From: Octopus vulgaris
Taxonomy: Eukaryota
Assembly: GCA_951406725.2 (NCBI GenBank)
Contig: OX597818.1
Location: 127,348,001-127,412,000 of the forward strand
Reading direction: 5' to 3'
Length of the DNA stretch: 64,000 bases
The notes under the pieces are model-generated. The model saw only the letters and a program-made list of their open reading frames with translations, made no database searches and was not told the origin of the DNA. The position numbers and the translations under genes are program-made. This document shows positions 24,036 through 37,269 of the stretch, in pieces. The number at the start of each line of letters is the position of its first letter. Position 1 is the stretch's first letter.

Positions 24036-27000
24036 TATGTTTGACTTTTGCTTTATATTTGTACAAGTTGGCTCCAAGTCTCACCCAGAGACCTCAAGAG
24101 ACAACAGGGTTGGAAGTTCATGTTGTTGTTATGCCTAGTGTGCCATATATTTGGGGGGTGGGGATGTTGTACTAATGAATGTCTAAAAAAAAAAAAAAAA
24201 TTTTTTTTTTTTTTTTTTTTTTTAAACCGAAAATTATGTTTGTTTTAAACCTTGAGATTACATAGAGAGTATTTTGCGTAGGATATGAGCAGTTCCCATG
24301 AGCACTATCTTTTGAACTTCTGCCATTTTTGGGTTTCCTGGTATCTGAGTTAGGTAGCTATCAGCCCCTTTTGCTATCATTCCCAGGGCACCTATGACAA
24401 CAGGTATTGTTTTAGTCTTCAGCTTCCACATTTTGCTGATTTCTATTTCAAGATCTTTATATTTGCTCAGTTTTTGGTAGGTCTTGACAGATACGTTTAT
24501 ATCGATTGGGACAGTCATATCAATGAGGATGCATGTTCTTTGTTTGAAGTTTTTCAATATGATGTCTGGCCTATTTGCATCTATCTTCCTGTCAGTTTGA
24601 ATGGTGAAGTTCCAGAGGAGTGAGATGTGGTCATTTTCAAGCACTGGGGGTGGTTTGTGTTCCCACCAGTTTTTTTCATGGGGCAAATCCAGGTTTTTAC
24701 AGATTACCCAGTGAATATATTGTGCAGCTCTATCGTGCCTGTTGAGATACTCTGTAGGCGCTAGAAGACTGCACTTGGAGACCACATGGTCAATGGTTTC
24801 ATTTTGTTGCTTGCATACACGACACGTTGGACTGCTTCTGATCTTTAATATGTTGGCCTGGTAGTTTCTTGTTGGTAGGCATTGATCTTGAGCTGCTATG
24901 ATAAACCCCTCTGTTTCAGATTTTAAGCCAGAGGCCATTAGCCATTGATGGGTCAGGGCTTTGTCGATATCTGCATTATTCGCTCTCTTTGGGTATTTGC
25001 CATAGAGAGGTTTTTCTTGCCATTTATTATTCAGAATATCTAAGGCCGCAGTTTTGGCACGGGTTTTCATGCGCCTAGCTTTTTCTGTGCTTGTTTCTTG
25101 TATATCTATCTCTAATTCCGAAATTGGTTGTATTCGGAATTCACTTAGATATTCCTTTGCCTGTTTTGTGACTGAGTATGATGCTTTCTTGTTTTCATGT
25201 TTTGAGACAAGTTTTAGCATCCAGTCCTCAGAGTTTTTCAGGTAGGTGTCTAGGCCAATTGTAGCAATCTTCATTGTTATTGCCAGTTGCAAAAGACCAC
25301 GGCCTCCTCTTTTCTTGGCAGATAGAGTCGTTCTGTATCTGCCTTAGGGTGGTGCATTCTATGCATTGTCAACAGTTTCCTTATTTTTCTGTCGAGCTGA
25401 CATATTTCAGTAATTGACCAGTTAACAATATTGAAACTGTAAGTCACGACTGGTATAGCTAATGCATTGATTGCTTCGATCCTGTTTCTTGCATTCAGCT
25501 CTGTCTTGAGTATTGCTCTCACTCTTCGATAGCATTCTCTCCTGATCCTTTCCTTCATCTCTGAATGCCTTATTCCGTTCCCTTCAATTATCCCTAGGTA
25601 CTTGTAGCTCTCCGCTGGGTCTAGTTCTTTTATGACATTCTGTTGGTCAAGGTTAACGTTAGATGTTTCTGTCATTTTTCCTTTGATAAAGGTAGCCTTT
25701 GCACATTTATCGAGGCCGAATTGCATTCTGATGTCGTCACTGAATTGTTTGACTATCGCTAGTAAGCCCTTGAGTTGTTGATCATTTTTTGCAAAAAGCT
25801 TTAAATCATCCATGTAAACGAGATGATTTATATTTTTATCAAACATTTTATACCCGTACTGCGCATCATTGAGCAGCTTTGAGAGAGGTATTAAGGATAA
25901 ACAAAAGAGGAGTGGTGACAGTGAGTCACCCTGGAAAATGCCACACGAAATTTTTACATCACCAGCATTTAGGGATTCACTGTCACTGTTCAGAGTTAGT
26001 GTGGTTCTCCATGATCTCATACTTACAGTCAAGAAGTTTCGCAGAGTTGGTGCTATCTTATACATTTCAAGGCATTTCCTAATCCAGCTATGTGGTAGGC
26101 TATCAAAAGCCTTTTTATAGTCTATCCAGGCTATTGATAAGTTTTTGTGTCGTTTGTGACAATCTTCTAAGATCATCTTATTGATGAGTAGTTGGTCTTT
26201 ACAGCCGTAGGATCCACGTTTACATCATTTCTGTTCATTAGGGAATATGCTGCTGTCTGTTAAAAAACTATAGGTATATTCCGTCAGGACAGATGTTAGT
26301 GTTTTGTACATAGTTGTTAAGCAGGTTATGGGTCTATAGTTTTTTGGTTCATTTGTTTCTTCACTTTTTGGAAGCAGGAATGTTAACCCATTAACTAGCC
26401 AAGGAGGCATCCTACTAGGGTGTTGCAAAACATCATTGTACAGTTCTGTTAGCAGTTCATGGCTCTCTGGGAAGGCATTCAGCCAGAAGTTAGGAATTTT
26501 ATCCTTTCCTGGAGACTTCCATTTGCTTGACCTCCTGAGAGCAGATCTTATATCTTCTACCTTGACACCCTCCCATTTTTGCTCTTCTAAGGGGTCCAGT
26601 TCTGTAGATATTCTGTCAATCCAGGGGGCCTTTTCGTTGTGTGTATTTTCTTCTGCCCAGATTTTATTCCAAAATCTCTGCACTTCTTCTTTTGATGGTA
26701 CAGACCCTGCAGTAAACGCTGTTTTTCCTATCTTCCTGTAAAAATTCTTGGTGTTATTTTTGAACATGTTGTTGTCCTTGAAAAATCTAACACGCTTTTC
26801 ATACCTCGCTATGCGGGCAGCTTTGGCAGATACCTTTTGTTTGATGGTTTCTATGGTGGCATCAATATCAAGTATAGTTTTCATATTGTATTTTTTCAGT
26901 AATTTTTGGGTTTTTGTAGGTTTGGTAATCTTGTGAGCCTTAAGGTTTTTCAAATATTCAATGTCAGATCTAAATATTTTAATTTGTTGTTGCAGACGCT

Positions 27001-27338
27001 CTTGCCAAGAAGGCTTTTTGTGGGACTGTTGCCGTTTTCTAATCTTTACACCACATAGGATCGTTGAGATTTTCGCGGATGCATAGTATAGGTGGTTGAG
27101 GTTTGTGATATCAACATCATTAACTGAAATTATATCCTTAAGTGCAAGCCGGATTTTACCAATTATTTTCATGTTTTGGTTAGAGTTGCGGATTTTAGGA
27201 AGTGTATCACGCTCATCCATGCTGGTTTCTTTAATTTTCAGCCATTCAATCATGATTTGATTTTTTAGCTCATGTAGTTCTGTTGGGTCAATATTTGTGT
27301 GACTTTCTTTATCTATTTGATGCTCATCTGTCTTAGTG

Positions 27339-27339
<1 letters not shown>
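24035..27339 (-). mobile_element. Young 5'-truncated R4/Dong-type non-LTR retrotransposon in (TAA)n
   Basis: RT ([26 protein letters not shown]), CCHC finger (CRVC..DHVVSKC), RHD and REL endonuclease (RPDII..LIDMTVP..KY). Only one nonsense codon (26225) and one frameshift (~25305). Confidence 0.95.
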
Positions 27340-27436
<97 letters not shown>

Positions 27437-27459
27437 TACTACTACTACTACTACTACTG

Positions 27460-27491
<32 letters not shown>

Positions 27492-27492
<1 letters not shown>

Positions 27493-27764
27493 TTTTTAAT
27501 TTATAACGTACTTTCACTTCACTACCGAGCGCAGGGTATGTGCTGTAGTTTGGTTTGATGCTCTTATGGTTACTGTATTGAAAGTGTTTTGGGTAGGATG
27601 TGTTTTAGAGAAACGTTGTCATCTGCTGGTATTGATACATCAATTAGAAAGCATTTTTTTCTTCATGATCTCTGACAACTGTATCGGGCCTATTGGCCTT
27701 AATTTCTCTATCTTCGTGTATTCGCATATCCCAGAGTATGGTTGCTTTCTCGTTTTCTGTGATC

Positions 27765-27770
<6 letters not shown>
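27492..27770 (-). mobile_element. R4/Dong-type 3' fragment, family of 15824-16032
   Basis: Shares ctttcacttc.actaccgagcgcag..gggtatgtgctgt. Flanked by TAA/TAG tracts. Confidence 0.7.
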
Positions 27771-27835
<65 letters not shown>

Positions 27836-28204
27836 TCTTTTTTTTCTCTTTTATTTTTGATACCCCTGTTTATCACCAATCACAAGGTTTCATTGTTAAA
27901 ATAATGCAGACAAGACACGAAGAAGACTCGCCATTATTTTGCATTTGTTGAAGCTGAACTTGAATATTAATTGAGAAATTAGTCTGTAACATATTTGTGT
28001 TGTTTTCTTTCTGCTTCTTCTTTTGTATGTTTTTTTCTTTTGTATGTGTGATTTGTAAATTGTAGGGTTGTAGACGTTGTAAGGTTGTGGTGGAAGGAAG
28101 GAAGAGAGTAATTAAAAGACAATAAATACGTAAATCCTAGAAGAATAAAAGGAAGCAAACGAGAAGCATATGAAAGGAGAGAGAAAAAGGGTTGGTAGAT
28201 AAAT

Positions 28205-28240
<36 letters not shown>

Positions 28241-28840
28241 AAAGGAATGAGAGAAAGGGGGCACAGATAAAAAGGCACAGAGACAGACAGACAAAAAGGT
28301 TTGATAGATGCAAAGATGTGTGTATGTGTGTGTGTGTGTGTGTGTGTAGATACATACATGCATGTATGCATACATACATACATACATACATACATACATG
28401 CATGCATGCATACATGCATGCATACATACATACATAAATACATACATACATATATACATACATACATACATACATACATGCATACATACATACATACATA
28501 TATACATACATATATACATACATAATACATATATACATACATACATACATAAATACACACTTGCATGCATACATACATACATACATACATATATACATAC
28601 ATAAATACATACATACATACATACATGCATGCATACATACTCGAAGCGACAAGTCGCGTATTTGGCATGGGAAACTATCGAAAATACGATGAATACTATC
28701 TCCAACTTTGAAGCCACAACTAACAGCCCTGTTAAATAACTGGCTAATCTTCAGCTGAATTAACTGAGGTAGCCTTTTATTCACGGTCGAAGTGATTTTC
28801 GACTGAAACTTGAATTTAGCATGCAGAGAGTTACTAAGAG

Positions 28841-29218
28841 AAGCACTCCGTCGGTTACGACGATGAGGGTTCCGGTTGATCCGAACAAACGGAACAGTCT
28901 GCTCGTGAAATTAACGTGTAAGTGGCTGAGCACTCCACAGACACGTGTACCCATAACGTAATTCTCGGGGATATTCAGCGTGACACAGAGAGTGACAAGG
29001 CCGGCCCTTTGAAATACAGGTACAACAGAAACAGGAAGTAAGAGTGAGAGAAAATTGTGGTGAAAGAGTACAGCAAGGATCCCTACCATCCCTGCCGGAG
29101 CCTCGTGGAGCTTTAGGTGTTTTCGCTCAATAAACACTCACAACGCCCGGTCTGGGAATCGAAACCGCGATCCTGCGACCGCGAGTTCGCTGCCCTAATC
29201 ATTGGGCCATTGCGCCTC
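28841..29218 (-). mobile_element. SINE family B nested in the LINE
   Basis: Highly similar to 41020-41411 and 49159-49546. Confidence 0.9.
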
Positions 29219-29569
29219 TTCGCTGATGGCTATATGAATTGATTGAAATCATATTGGGACAACCTCCATCCAGAATTAAATCATTTTACTGTGAAGCAAC
29301 GACGCCAACAAGCACCATTTGTAGAACAGAATAGAAAGCAGCTGTAACTTTATTTAAAAAACCGAAAATTAACCTTTTTTTCCCCAACTATTTAAACAAA
29401 AACGAAAACGTGAATGATATAAGGTCACCACGTGGCTTCGCAGCTAGCGACATGCCCACAGGTTCCATTGTGCGTGCCAACCAAACTACATTACTAAGCT
29501 GAAGTAACTGACCACTGTCTCCCTAGTACGACTATGGAAAATAGCAAGCACAACCACAAACGTTTATTG

Positions 29570-29579
29570 TAGCAGCAGC

Positions 29580-29629
<50 letters not shown>

Positions 29630-29678
29630 CAGTAGTAGTAGTAGCAGTAGCAGCAGCAGCAGTAGCAGTAGCAGTAGC

Positions 29679-29734
<56 letters not shown>

Positions 29735-29759
29735 CAGTAGTAGTAGTAGTATCAGCAGC

Positions 29760-29793
<34 letters not shown>

Positions 29794-29835
29794 TCAGCAG
29801 CAGTAGTAGTAGTAGTAGTAGTAGTAGCAGCAGTT

Positions 29836-29923
<88 letters not shown>
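29570..29923. repeat. (AGT/AGC)n microsatellite
   Basis: About 350-bp trinucleotide tract. Confidence 0.95.
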
Positions 29924-32242
29924 GGATTATATACCGGTGAAATATGCCCTTAGTGAAATTTTCCGAGAAAAGAAATTACTCTGGCTTTGAAGGATTCTCC
30001 CGAGGAGAGAGAATTCTGTACCAAAGTAAGTAAAATAAACACCAAAAACGGTATTAAAAGTTGTTAAGAAAATTGGTGATGAGTATTTACAATAGTGTGA
30101 TGAACCCACATACTAGCAGACTAACGCGTATCTATATGCTCTGGCTACTGCTGTAAAACAGTACAAGAATGATATTCAAAAAGTAAACAAAACCGAAATA
30201 ACAAAGAAAGTACCATCATGGGTTTTGAAGACAGAGAAAAAGATAACTGATTTACGGAAGACCAACAGTCTTGTAATGATGCTTATTGCATGCAAACAAG
30301 CAAATCCCTATGCGTCTCACCAACACAAAGCAAAGGAGATAGAAATGATGTTTGGGGACAGCAAAAAAGGGGACACTCACTTGCAAACTGATTACCCTCA
30401 AGCAGGAGCTAAAAGCTGTCAGTGAAAAGCTCCGACATCAGAAGAGAATAACCAAGAGACGAACAATAAACAAAAAATTTAACCGTAACCAGGCAGCAGT
30501 ATACAGAACCATGAGAAAAGGAGCAGTAAATATCGCGGAAGCTCCTTCACGAGAAGACATAGACTCCTTCAAGGGGAAAATCTGGAGTGAAGTAATTTAA
30601 CCAAGATGCTCTGTGGCAGGAAGAAATCAGAATAAGTTATTGTTCTTGCGTTACATCTAAGACATACAACATTGATGGTGAAACTCTTGCAACCGTGATC
30701 CAGAAACTTCAGGATGGAAAAGCACCTGGAAGAGACTTGATTGTTGGATATTGGTACAAGAAGCTAGCATTCTACCGACCATATCTTATCAATTTGTACC
30801 AGCAAGCTTTCATTGGGAACAGTAGCATACTACACTGGTTAGCTCTGGCAGAGACAAAATTGATCCCCAAATGCAGAACCACCTACATGGCAAAAGACTA
30901 CCGGCCAATTGCATACCAGAACTTAATGTATAAGATATATACAGCATGTTTAAACCTATTCCTTCAGGACCATTGTGAAACCAATAACATTATCACAGCA
31001 GAAAAAACAGATGGGAAGAAGGTAGTCTGTGGATGTGCTGAGCAATTGCTAATCAACAAAACTGTTATGTGAGAGGTGCGAGAGCATAGGAGGAACCTAG
31101 TTTCAATGTGGCTAGATTGCAAGAAGGCCTTTGACTCTGTTCCCCACTCATGGATGCAGGAAGCCCTTCAACTTGCTACGGTTCCAGTGAGAATAATCAA
31201 AGCCATACTTGACCTGACTTCATCGTGGGCCACCATCTTGAAATTAAACAAAAAGAGTGACTGTATTTATCACCGATAAAATACAATATAGCAAAGGCAT
31301 ATTCCAAGGAGACAGCCTCTCTGTGATGTTGTTTATACTTTCCGTAAACTCCTTGTCATTCATATTAAGGACGTCTGAAGGATATCTCGCTGGTTCACAA
31401 GGAAACAGAAATACCAAAATTACACACTGTTTCTTTGTGGATGTCATAATAAAAAGGAATGCTGATGGAATGTATCACTGAAGACCTCAATAACATGTAA
31501 GCACAACAGACCTGATATAATGACTTGGGATAGAGAAGAGAAACTGTGCACAGTTGTGGAAATTAACTGTCCAGCCAATGTTAACATAAAGCTAAAAATC
31601 AGTGAAAAAAAGGGCACTTATGTTGAACAATTGAGAAATTTGCAGTTACTCTAGCCAGATTACAAGTTCAGGTTTATACCTGTAATTATTGGGGCCTTAG
31701 GATATGTAAGTCACTACCTAAATACCAATCTTGAGTCATTATTCTTCTCAAAACCAGAAAAGAGAAAGCTTATTCGAAGACTACAGATCCAATCTATCAC
31801 TGGAACTGTAAAAATCTGTAAAACTTTCCAGAAGTTTATCATTTAAGTATATATGAGCATGTTTAGATATGTAACTATATACATGAGAATGCATACATAA
31901 AACATACATACATACATACATACATACATACATACATACATACATACATACATACATACATACATACATACATACATACATACGTACGTACATACATGCA
32001 AAAATACCATTGTTGACTGAAATTCCAGTGAAGGAACCTTTGATCCAGATTAGAAACTGGTTCTTTTCTATTGGCAAGAAATCTTGAAATAAACGGAATA
32101 ATGAGAAACATATACACATACATATATACATGTATGTATATATGTATATACAAGAGAGAAAGATAGATTACTCGAAGGATATTAAGACAGACATATAGAT
32201 TAAAAAAACCTAGATATGTTGATAGATATATAGATAGTTAGG

Positions 32243-32286
<44 letters not shown>

Positions 32287-32853
32287 ATATAGACAGAATA
32301 GAAAAACCTTTATCCTGTGATATATGTCCATTATGTCTGGGACGTCTTTAATCATATCTGTTCAATCAGATCCAACTCGGAACTAAACAACAAGTGATGA
32401 AGGGAACGAGACGAGGAAACGAGAGAGCTCTTACCTGGTGGCTCGAATTGCTACAAATAGCAACCATATCTTCCTGACAAAAAGAATAATGAAATTTCTG
32501 TCTTCAAGAAAAAAAATAATGCAAGTTTATTTTATTTTATAATATTCGCTTAGGAATTCATTACTTCTAGAAAAGAATAAGACAAAATGGTCATGGCTGG
32601 AACGCCATTTCTCACAGATCCATTACGATCAGAGCTATCCTGTGGTCAAAACAATATTCTTCACAGAATGATGAAGCAGTAAAAGTTTAAAAAGTTGAAA
32701 GAATAAAAGATAGCAAGTATCCATATTCCAAATATTGGGATTCCCTTGACTAGCGAAATTTATTCAAATTTTCGTGTGAAATAATTAGGAAATGTTATGG
32801 GAAATCGGTACATATTATGGCTAATATCCAGTGTTGTACGAAAGTAGTTTCAC

Positions 32854-33379
32854 GGATCTTGTCAATCTAAGTCACGGGTTTTTTAATTAATCTTTTTAAA
32901 TTAAACAGTTTGAAACTTCGGATACTGGTTGAATATGTCAGAGGTTTTTTGATTCTGTACATAAAAAGTTTGGCTACTTTTTCTAGCAGGTCATACAACC
33001 ACATATAGGTTGGTCTATCTCGGTAATAATTTTGTTGTTATTTAGCCTCAAACCAACCCTGATACAGCAAACCTATGTTGTTATAAAAAATATCTCTGGC
33101 TATTAAAGAAGGGTTTTGTTAGGGGAGTGGACCCGAAAATTGTTGTTCGCAAACAGCAGCAGTAGTAATTTTCTTCAGCTGAATACACTTCGTTGATTGG
33201 TTAAAATTACCCAAATACGACAACTTTAACACGAAATAACTTCTAAAATACAAAATTTTGTCAAAAACGTTAAGAGTAAACCCTGTTCTATGTGACACAT
33301 TCTACCAGTATCCGAAGTTTCAAAGTGTTTAGTTAAAAAAAAATAATTAAAAAATTTGGCCATGAAATTGAAAAGATCC
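32854..33379. mobile_element. MITE-like element with ~85-bp imperfect TIRs
   Basis: ggatctt.tcaat...tttgaaacttcggatactggt at the left versus accagtatccgaagtttcaaa...attgaaaagatcc at the right. Confidence 0.7.
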
Positions 33380-34769
33380 TATTAAGGTTTAAACAAGGGC
33401 AATAAACAACAACATTGTAAAGGAGTTAAAGTAATCAGTTGAGAAATATTCTATTGTCAAGCTGTACTACAAATATAAAGGCACGTGGTTTTTGTCCCTG
33501 AATCGCTATCTGTCTCTGCTTACTTCTCTGTCTGCCTTCAACTATCTCTTTTTCTCAGGCACTCAGAATACACCCTACCATCTTAACATAGAAATAAATG
33601 AATGTCACGAGATGTTATGACTGGAAGGATTTTTATTAAACAACAACTTTTAAAAAAATAGAGGAAATTAGACGCTCGTTCGACCTTCTAGGTAGACCAA
33701 ACAAAAACTTTCAGTCAATTCCATTGGATGAGGTAAGGCTAGATGCTTTATATTTAACGTAAGACGAGATGGTTACAGTAGAACTCATTAAATCATACAT
33801 CTGCTCGACCACAACTAACCTAAGACAACATTCTCAATATATAAACAATATCACTAACAGCTCGATATTACCAAACACATGTACTGTTCCTGTCCCCATC
33901 ACCACCATAATCAATACTGGGTTTTCCTTACCGATCAGTCAGTGAGGAGAGCAGTGCCTGTGACCCCTTTTCGTGGGATAAGGAGAGAGGGAGGAAAGTA
34001 TCCTTTAACTGGAGACATAGCACTAATGCTTGCAACAGAGTGAACTCTATTAGAGGCACTGGAGGACCAACTGGTGGAGCTAAGCCGTGCTTTTCCAAGA
34101 TAATTTTGTCCAGAGGTTCTGAAGAAACATAATCAGGAACATCCGTCTGTAATATTTTGCTCTTATATTTGAAGACTTAATTTTTGTATTTGTTCCTTGC
34201 TAGTATTGCTGTAGCAATCCTCATGCTTACTTTGATAATTTCATTACCACTTGCGCTACAGGTATATTGATGATGTTGTTTAAGAGCAGGAGTTCTCAAC
34301 CGCTTTAGAGTCACCGCTTACTGTCACGTGGAAAACTTTTCTACCACCCACCTGTCAATATCCAAAAACGAATCAAAAAATTGTTAACTTAAAATTACCA
34401 GTTTTTCCGTTACAAAATTCTTTATTGGAATTAATCTAAAGTAATAACGTCAGATGTTTGGTACACACAATGTTACCAATGTCAAAAATCATCACATATT
34501 CTAGTGTTCTGAATTTAACATCAGTTTTAGACATTCAGTGCTTGATGGTTGTAAAGGTTCTGTTTTTACAGTGAAAATTTTCAACGTATAAGGAAATGTT
34601 AATCACAAAAGATAAGTCTATTTTGGAATCATTGAATCTATTTTTCATGAGCACAAAGTCCCACTAACAAACATTGTTGACTGCTATGATGGGTATGAAC
34701 TGAAATTTCGAATCCTGTTTAGCAGCTAACTGCATGACATTTACTGCAACCACTATTACTACTACTACT

Positions 34770-35221
34770 GGAAAGACTTTCCCTACCCCATTTCTCCCTT
34801 TTTATTGCCAAAAGCCTCCCGTCTTCGGATACAGATATTACGGAAAATTGCCAAAAATCGGCATTTTGAAATTTCGCCCCCACCTCCGTTCCTCCCCAAT
34901 TTCGTCATTTTCCCCTTTTTCCGTAACCGTAACCTTAACCCTAACCCTAACCCTAAAACACTAACCCTAACCGTAACCGTAACCGTAACTACAAAAATTC
35001 TTGGAATTTTTTTTCAAAATCGTAATCTCCGTATTTTTTCCGAATATTTTGAGAAAAAAATTCTGAAAAAAGTTAAAAATGAAGAAATAAGGGGGTTTTT
35101 GCCGATTTTTGCCAACTTTTTTGCAGATTCGTATTCTGCGTAGCCGAAAACGGGAGTTTGTGTAGAAAAAAAAAAGTAAGATAAGGGGGTGTTTGGTGGG
35201 GATACAAAAGGAAGTCTTGCC
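34770..35221. mobile_element. MITE-like element with internal telomere-like (TAACCC/TAACCG)n
   Basis: Termini GGAAAGACTT / AAGTCTTGCC; inner inverted segments (ctcccgtcttcgg / ccgaaaacgggag; aaaaatcggca / tgccgattttt); inserted in (ACT)n. Confidence 0.7.
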
Positions 35222-35712
35222 ACTACTACTACTACTGATTACAGACAAGTTCACCGCCGTCAATTCACCGCAAGAGAGTTCACTGCCATCAATTCACCGT
35301 GAGGAATGTTCACCGCGAAGAAAGTTTACCAAGAAAATATATCCATAGTATCTCACCATTGATAATTAAAAACTATTGAATTGATGGCGGTGAACTTACC
35401 GGACTACTACTATCACCAGTACAACGGCTAGAACAAACCTGTAATGGTTTCAAATATTGGTAGAGGGCCACCGGTTTTTGACTAGTACTTGACTAGTATT
35501 TATTTTATCGACCACGAGCATGAAAGGCAAAGTCGACCTCGACAGAATTTGAGCTCAGAACGTAGAGACGGAGGAAATGCCCCGCTATGTATTCTATATC
35601 CATGGTGCAAGCGGTTCTACCAGCTTCCCGCCTTGAACAAACCTATAATTAACCGCGTTAAAGCTAGTCTTGAGGCAATAGATGCCAGACGGCATTCATC
35701 TCAAGGCAAGTA

Positions 35713-35782
<70 letters not shown>

Positions 35783-36084
35783 CTATGTATGTATATATAT
35801 ATATATATATAAGTGCATACATGCACATACACATAACAATACCAATGTTTATATGTATGTTATATGTTTGTACCGGTTTCCCTCTTTGTCAATAAAAGGA
35901 GCACAATGAAACCCAGAAGACCACGTGTTTATTTATGTCTAATACATTGTGTATTGATAGATTTATGTATTTATTTTTTCAATATTCTGTTTTCATTACC
36001 CAAATGCCTGAGGACAGATACGATTTTAATAAACAACGCTTGTATATAATTAATAAAGTGACACGACTCACGGCATGCCGTATG

Positions 36085-36139
<55 letters not shown>

Positions 36140-36288
36140 ATACACGTGTGTGTGTGTGTATGTGTATACATGTGTGTGGGGAGAGTATAAGAATATTTAT
36201 GCATACATACCGCGCACGCACACACAAACATATTCTATTTCTCGACCGCCTTCGGCGAAGCTTCGCCGTCAGTCATTTTGTTTGCATA

Positions 36289-36320
<32 letters not shown>

Positions 36321-36427
36321 TTATGTATGTTTGTATGTATGTAAATGTATATGTATGACTTATATATTTGTGTATGCATATGTGTGAGTGTGCACGCGCG
36401 TGTGTTTAGGGAGAGAGAGAGAGAGAG

Positions 36428-36579
<152 letters not shown>

Positions 36580-36876
36580 TCTTTCTTCATAGAATACAAT
36601 GACTAGTAACAAAAATATCCACCTTGAAATTGCCTATAAACTGCCAATGAGTGACGATTCTGCTTTTATAAAATTTGCCTGCAAAAGACTGTATACAGAC
36701 ACACACACAAACACACACATACGCACACACATACACACACACACACATACACATATACACACACACACAAACAACACACACACATACAAATGCACGCACA
36801 CACAGACAAGCAAACAAACACCTATAAAGACGTACACGTATATAAGTGAATACGCAACAGTTACATTTATAATATA

Positions 36877-37266
36877 CTAGCAGTATTGCCCGGTGTTGCT
36901 CGCGTTTGTTTTCTTTTCGACCCTTTAGAATTGGAATTTTTGAAAAGTAAAAATTTTGCATTATGTAGCTTGTTATTCTCTTTGAGTGAACATTTTTCTG
37001 GTTGAAATACACCGAAGAATGGCGACACAGCAGTGAAAAAATCGTAAAAAAATAGGGATTTTCATAGAAAAAAAGCACCTTTTTGATGTAAATAATTTTT
37101 GGTGTTAACATGGTCCGATTTGAATTTTATCTGCAACGGAATGAAGAGCAAGTCTTCTATCTTACGCTCAATTTTGGTCAACTTGCGCCGAAGGGTCTCG
37201 GAGGAGATAGTGTTAGATGAAGGCTACCAAACCTGCCATACACAGACAACTTCAGCTTTATATAGA
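36877..37266 (-). mobile_element. Non-autonomous Helitron, second subfamily
   Basis: Same 3' end (plus strand ctagcagtat.gcccgg.gttgctcg) and similar 5' end (acaacttca..ttatatatag) as 1533-1929, but unrelated interior. Confidence 0.7.
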
Positions 37267-37269
37267 GGG

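Larger units (their letters stand above)
28640..32105 (+). mobile_element. Near full-length degenerate R4/Dong-type LINE in (ACAT)n context
   Basis: N-terminal GYMN*LKSYWDNLHPEL; [29 protein letters not shown]; internal deletion near 31450; REL HNRPDI...PVIIGALG; 3' UTR. Interrupted by a SINE and an (AGT)n tract. Confidence 0.8.

Noticed and set aside
27850-27934. Possible decayed LBP/BPI exon 1 paralogue (MASLLRVLSALF* ... GDKQG)
   Set aside because: Needs several frameshifts and lacks the GLDY motif and donor; similarity too weak.
32435-32473. Minus-strand 39-nt exon-like segment with good splice sites
   Set aside because: Interior resembles a dispersed repeat motif (similar gcta.tt..tagca at about 32974) and it cannot be linked to either gene.
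34180-34270. Short hydrophobic frame (YLFLASIAVAILMLTLIISLPLALQ) resembling a TM helix
   Set aside because: Bounded by stops, weak splice sites, no partner exons.
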